Shown here: positions 16,596-20,978 of the stretch, piece after piece
Layout: every line of letters begins with the position of its first letter
Numbering within the stretch: position 1 is the stretch's first letter
Source of the DNA: Planctomycetota bacterium
GTDB lineage: Bacteria; Planctomycetota; UBA11346
Assembly: GCA_038231435.1 (NCBI GenBank)
Contig: JBBRLJ010000065.1
Location: forward strand, 1 to 20,978
Length of the DNA: 20,978 nucleotides
Direction: 5' to 3'
Notes under the pieces: model-generated
Databases searched by the model: none
What the model saw: only the letters and a program-made list of their open reading frames with translations
Told to the model about the DNA's origin: nothing
Translations under genes and position numbers: made by a program

Positions 16596-17502
16596 CCGGC
16601 CCGAGCCGACGCGCCGCTTCCTGCGCGCCGCGGTGGCTCTGGACGAACCCACGGTGCCGGCGCTGGTCGGAGCAGGCGTGCCGCATTGGGATGCCAGCGA
16701 GTTCATCCGCCGCCTACAGAGCGCTGGCGAGATGTGCGCGTCGCGGTGGCTCGACGAGGCGCGGACCTCCTACGAGACACTGATCGCCACTCCTGACGAG
16801 GCGGGTGAGGGATCCCGGGCGGATGGCTTCCCGGCCGGCGCCGAACGGCCCCGCGAAAAGGCCCTCGCGGGCGGCATCGGATCGCTCACCGACATCGAGC
16901 TCATGGCGCTGCTCTTGCGCACCGGCTCGGCCGAGGAGGGGGTGCTCGCGTTCGCCGAACGGCTGCTGCGCGATCACGACGGCCTGGTCGGCCTGGCCCG
17001 GCGCGGTGTCGAGGACCTGGTCCGCGACGACGGCCTGGGGCCGGCGAAGGCCGGCGAGCTCGCGGCCGCCTTCGAACTCGCACGACGCTTGGCGCAGAGC
17101 AGCCTGCGCGAGCGGCCGACGCTGAAGACGCCCGAGGCGGTCGCCGAGCTGCTCGGCCCGTTGGCGGTCAGCCTGGCCCACGAGGAGCTGTGGTGCCTAC
17201 CGCTGGATCCGCAGAGCCGGCTGATCGGCAGGCCGCGGGTGATCTCGAAGGGCGACGTCGACGGAACCGATGCTGGGCCACGGGCCTTCTTCCGACTGGC
17301 CCTGGCGGCGGGAGCCACCAGCTGCGTCGCCGTGCACAATCATCCGGGCGGCGATCCCGCGCCATCGGCGGCCGATCGCGGCGCCACCCGCCGGCTCGCC
17401 GAAGCCGGCCGCGTGCTCGACCTGCCCTTGGTCGACCACGTGGTGCTGGGTTCGGCGGGGCGTTACGCGAGCATCAGGCGCCTGCATCCGGAATGCTTCT
17501 GA
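16564..17502 (+). CDS. radC: RadC/JAB (MPN+) domain protein with N-terminal extension
   Basis: ERPREK, LTDIELMALLLRTG, GLGPAKA, ELARR, HNHPGGDPAPSAAD, LVDHVVLG. ATG 16564 is the most plausible start. Confidence 0.88.
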   Translation: MPLALEAQLIDRPEPTRRFLRAAVALDEPTVPALVGAGVPHWDASEFIRRLQSAGEMCASRWLDEARTSYETLIATPDEAGEGSRADGFPAGAERPREKALAGGIGSLTDIELMALLLRTGSAEEGVLAFAERLLRDHDGLVGLARRGVEDLVRDDGLGPAKAGELAAAFELARRLAQSSLRERPTLKTPEAVAELLGPLAVSLAHEELWCLPLDPQSRLIGRPRVISKGDVDGTDAGPRAFFRLALAAGATSCVAVHNHPGGDPAPSAADRGATRRLAEAGRVLDLPLVDHVVLGSAGRYASIRRLHPECF

Positions 17503-17572
17503 TCGGTGACAGGCTGAGCGGACTTGGGGTACGAGTCGAGTAGCTCCGTCGTGCCTGAGCAGGACGAAGACG

Positions 17573-19195
17573 TCATCGAGGCGTCATCGGACACGCATCC
17601 ACCACCAGGAGATCGTGGATCCATGCATCGAAACGTGTCTCGTCAACGCGCTCCCAGAACATCGCCGACATCACGGCGTATACGCTGGGAAGCCGATCCG
17701 CGTGGATTTCCACGCGCACGCGCGGATCCCGGTGGCGATAGTTGTTCACGTTGAAATTACCTGGGATGAAGTCATGGAGATCGGGGATCTCCGTGCCCGT
17801 CTCGTCCAGATTGCGAGCATACCTGGTCTCATCCGCGAAGACCATCTTCATCATTCCGCAATATTCATAGAACCGAAACACCTGATCCAACGGGTTGAAA
17901 TCGTTGGTCAGGTCGTTGATCCAGAATGAGGTGTTCCGTCTGATGAGATCGTTGCTGGACATGCTCCGCATGACCGCGAGCTGCTTATACCAGTCGCGTT
18001 GGTACTCGAGATGCCGGTGCATGGTCATCGTGCCGGCAGCGAGGACCGATGCGATGAGCAACGCATGTTTGAGTCTGCGCAACGCGGGCGATCGATCCAG
18101 CAACGCAGCGAGTCCGAAACAAATGATGAAGGAGATGCCGAGAGGCATGAGCAGTTGGTGGCGATCGTCCCAGTCGAACGGTCTCGGGATCTTTCCGACG
18201 GCAACGTACGGATAGATTCCGAGGATGAGCATGACTCCCCCGAGGGACATGAGGAGCAGGCAGGTCCCGGTGTCCGCCACGAAGCGTTTCCGGAACGGCC
18301 AGAGGGTGATCAGGGCGACGCCAGCGAACAGGATATACGCGGTACGCCGGGGCCACTCCGGGAAGATGCCGTAGCACATCCCATAGAGCAGGTGGTTCAG
18401 CGTGCGTTCGATACCTTCGGCATTCCTCAATCCGCCGAGCGTGATGTGGTTGTAACCCGCGTCCTCAGGCTTCCAGAACGCCAGCCGGAAGACCGAATAT
18501 ACGAGAGGAAGGAGCAGGAAATCCAGGTGACGGACCGCAAGGCCGAATGCCGCGCGCCGGCCTGTTCTCAATGCGGCGACGTTACGGTAGATCAGATATG
18601 CGACGATCAGCGGATAGAATGCCAGCAAGGACATGGTTGAGAAGGACAGTGCGGCGAGCGCCAGTACCGCCAACCGCCAGCCGAGGCGCCCGCTGCTGGT
18701 GAAGCGCGAGGCGCACCAGAATGCGCTGAAGAACAGCAGATAGCAAACCGCGTAATGGAAGCAGGCGATGGAGATTCGAGCGGTATTGACGGGGATCAGG
18801 GCGAAGAGCGAGCACACGGCCAAGCGCGTGACCGGATCGATCTGATGCATGGTGCGCAGGATGGAATAGAGTGCCAGCGCGGCACCGAGATAGCACCCGA
18901 AGGTGGCGATCCGGTATGCGGCTACAGGCCAGGGCAATGCCGAGAAGAAGCCATGGAGACTCGAGAGCAGCGGGATCCCCAGCGAATCGAGATGATTCGC
19001 GACCAGGAGCGGGTCGCACCCGACGATACACCAATCGTCCCAGTACAGACCATGATTGAGCAGCATCACGCCGTGGAACAGGCTGTAGACGATGGTCAGG
19101 AGCCACGCGCCATGGGATGCTGCGAGCTGCGCCGGTTTCCAGTCTGAGCCATGCATCCGATCGATTTCCGGGGATGCCTGATGAATGTCAATCAT
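17573..19195 (-). CDS. Polytopic GT-C-like membrane protein (GtrC/GtrII-type candidate)
   Basis: 540 aa. First TM is followed by the acidic YWDDW loop, then ~11 TM segments and a soluble C-terminal domain. ATG 19195 overlaps the upstream stop (ATGA). Family is inferred from architecture only. Confidence 0.6.
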   Translation of the reverse strand: MIDIHQASPEIDRMHGSDWKPAQLAASHGAWLLTIVYSLFHGVMLLNHGLYWDDWCIVGCDPLLVANHLDSLGIPLLSSLHGFFSALPWPVAAYRIATFGCYLGAALALYSILRTMHQIDPVTRLAVCSLFALIPVNTARISIACFHYAVCYLLFFSAFWCASRFTSSGRLGWRLAVLALAALSFSTMSLLAFYPLIVAYLIYRNVAALRTGRRAAFGLAVRHLDFLLLPLVYSVFRLAFWKPEDAGYNHITLGGLRNAEGIERTLNHLLYGMCYGIFPEWPRRTAYILFAGVALITLWPFRKRFVADTGTCLLLMSLGGVMLILGIYPYVAVGKIPRPFDWDDRHQLLMPLGISFIICFGLAALLDRSPALRRLKHALLIASVLAAGTMTMHRHLEYQRDWYKQLAVMRSMSSNDLIRRNTSFWINDLTNDFNPLDQVFRFYEYCGMMKMVFADETRYARNLDETGTEIPDLHDFIPGNFNVNNYRHRDPRVRVEIHADRLPSVYAVMSAMFWERVDETRFDAWIHDLLVVDACPMTPR

Positions 19196-19833
19196 ACCGC
19201 CGAGGCCATCGCGGCCGCCTGCACCACCGCCGCCTGCGCCGGATCGAGATCCACCAGCGCGGTGCCGCGCCACGCCAGGCGTGCGGGCAGCCCGCGCGGA
19301 TCGCGTTCGAGCAGGACCTTCACGAAGCAGCAGGCCGCCGCATAGCTGCCGAGCGGGGCTGCGTGGCGCCGATCGGAAGGGTCGTACAGCGGCAGTGCCG
19401 GCTCGCGCTCCAGGGCCCGGCTCCAGGCCCGGGCCGCGGGCACGCCATCGATCCCCAGACTCTCTTCGGCAGCCGCGTAGGCCTGGTTCATGGGCGTAGC
19501 GTTCTCGGGATGGTCCTGCTCGGGCCAGACCTCGTAGAGTAGCGGACGGGCTCCGCCGGCGCGCGCGAGGTCGGCCAAAGGCTCCAGATCGCGCAGCAGC
19601 GCCGCCGTGCCTGGAAATGGATGCGAGACCTGCTGGAAGGACACGGCGTCGAAGCCGCCGAAGCGCAGCGCATCGAGCGTCATGGGCTGTCCGCGATGCC
19701 ATTCGAGGCTCATGCCGCCAACGGTGAGCATGGTAACATCGATGGGCGCGCCGATGGACGCAGCCAGGGCCGCGACCTGCCAGGGCAGGGCGTTGCAGAA
19801 TGTGTGGCTGTTGCCGACGAAGAGGACGCGCAT
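19192..19833 (-). CDS. SGNH/GDSL hydrolase-family protein
   Basis: MRVLFVGNSHTF (block I Ser), GGMSL, FDAVSFQQ, DRRH (DxxH) followed by GSYAAA. True start is ATG 19833; the upstream ORF-track portion is antisense to carB. Confidence 0.8.
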   Translation of the reverse strand: MRVLFVGNSHTFCNALPWQVAALAASIGAPIDVTMLTVGGMSLEWHRGQPMTLDALRFGGFDAVSFQQVSHPFPGTAALLRDLEPLADLARAGGARPLLYEVWPEQDHPENATPMNQAYAAAEESLGIDGVPAARAWSRALEREPALPLYDPSDRRHAAPLGSYAAACCFVKVLLERDPRGLPARLAWRGTALVDLDPAQAAVVQAAAMASAV

Positions 19834-20091
19834 GACAGGGACGTAAGGGGGGTGGGAGCAGGTACAATCCGCAAGCCTGCGGCCGGTCGCACGCGGGGTC
19901 GCTGACGGCCTGGAGAGTCCTCTCGCGAACGCTCCCGGACGAGTCCTGCTAGTACCGCCCCTCCATGCGGTTAGGAACATGAGCGCGGTTGTCGAAAGCC
20001 GCTCTTGCGTACGCGACATCGCACCTAGCCTTGCGCGAGTTTTTGCACCGGGAGGACCGCTGAGGCCCGTCTCGAACCACAGCTGGAACCC

Positions 20092-20978
20092 ATGCCCAAG
20101 CGCACCGACCTCAAGAGCATCCTGATCATAGGCTCGGGGCCGATCATCATCGGCCAGGCGTGCGAATTCGACTATTCCGGCACCCAGGCATGCAAGGCGC
20201 TGCGCGAGGAAGGCTACCGCATCGTCCTCGTGAATTCGAATCCGGCGACCATCATGACCGATCCGGAGATGGCCGACGCGACGTATGTCGAGCCGATCAC
20301 CCCCGAGACGGTGCGCAAGATCATCGCCCGCGAGCGCCCGGACGCGGTGCTGCCGACCCTGGGTGGCCAGACGGCGCTGAATACTGCCTTGTCGCTGTAT
20401 GAGACCGGCGCCCTCACCGAGTACGGCGTCGAGATGATCGGCGCCACTGCCGAGGTCATCAGGCGCGCCGAATCGCGCGAGGAGTTCGCGGCGATCATCA
20501 AGGGTCTGGGCCTGCATATGGCTCGCGCCGAGAAGGCCACCACCCTCGAGGAAGCCATTGCCGCGCGCAAGCGCATCGGGCTGCCATGCATGATCCGTCC
20601 ATCGTTCACCATGGGTGGATCCGGCGGTGGCTTAGCCGCCACCGAGGAGCAGTTCGAAGCCATCTGCCGGCGCGGCCTGGCGGCGTCGCGCACCCACGAG
20701 CTGTCGATCGAGGAGAGCCTGTACGGCTGGAAGGAATTCGAGCTCGAGGTGATGCGCGACCGCAAGGACAACGTGGTCATCATCTGTTCGATCGAGAATC
20801 TCGATCCGATGGGCATCCACACCGGTGACTCGATCACCGTCGCGCCGATCCAGACCCTCACCGACCGCGAATACCAGCGCATGCGCGACGCGTCGCTCGC
20901 GATCATCCGCGCCGTGGGCGTCGAGACCGGCGGCTGCAACATCCAGTTCGCCGTCAACCCGCAGGACGGCCGGGTCAT
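20092..20978 (+). CDS. carB: Carbamoyl-phosphate synthase large subunit, 5' part (runs off window)
   Basis: Hand translation: [41 protein letters not shown]...[10 protein letters not shown]...[10 protein letters not shown]...RPSFTMGG...GWKEFELEV...[13 protein letters not shown]. Absent from the ORF track because no stop falls in the window. Confidence 0.97.
   Translation, partial: MPKRTDLKSILIIGSGPIIIGQACEFDYSGTQACKALREEGYRIVLVNSNPATIMTDPEMADATYVEPITPETVRKIIARERPDAVLPTLGGQTALNTALSLYETGALTEYGVEMIGATAEVIRRAESREEFAAIIKGLGLHMARAEKATTLEEAIAARKRIGLPCMIRPSFTMGGSGGGLAATEEQFEAICRRGLAASRTHELSIEESLYGWKEFELEVMRDRKDNVVIICSIENLDPMGIHTGDSITVAPIQTLTDREYQRMRDASLAIIRAVGVETGGCNIQFAVNPQDGRV

Noticed and set aside
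19834..20091. carB without an upstream carA
   Set aside because: Split carA/carB is common in many bacterial lineages.
17573..20517. 764-aa and 441-aa ORF-track proteins as fusions
   Set aside because: The N-terminal parts are out-of-frame or antisense read-through over the SGNH gene and carB. Real starts are at 19195 and 19833.

Overview
GC-rich bacterial window in two parts. Left (1-10.8 kb) is an accessory cell-envelope island: the left end of an IS3-family element, an O-antigen ligase/polymerase-like gene, two ~93% identical GtrB-like GT2 genes in direct orientation, and a GtrA-like flippase. Between the two GT2 copies lies a divergent four-gene cassette: gcvPA-gcvPB (no gcvT/gcvH alongside) on the minus strand, and an AsnB-like amidotransferase plus a GlnT/GmaS-type gamma-glutamyl-amide ligase on the plus strand. 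Right (10.9-21 kb) holds glmS, a large NAD-glutamate dehydrogenase, a membrane hypothetical protein, radC, a GT-C/GtrC-like membrane protein coupled to an SGNH hydrolase, and the 5' part of carB. The main hypothesis is that the cassette is a biosynthetic amine-relay pathway: glycine -> methylamine -> gamma-glutamylmethylamide -> N-methylamide on a surface glycan carboxylate. All family calls come from motif recognition by eye; no searches were run.
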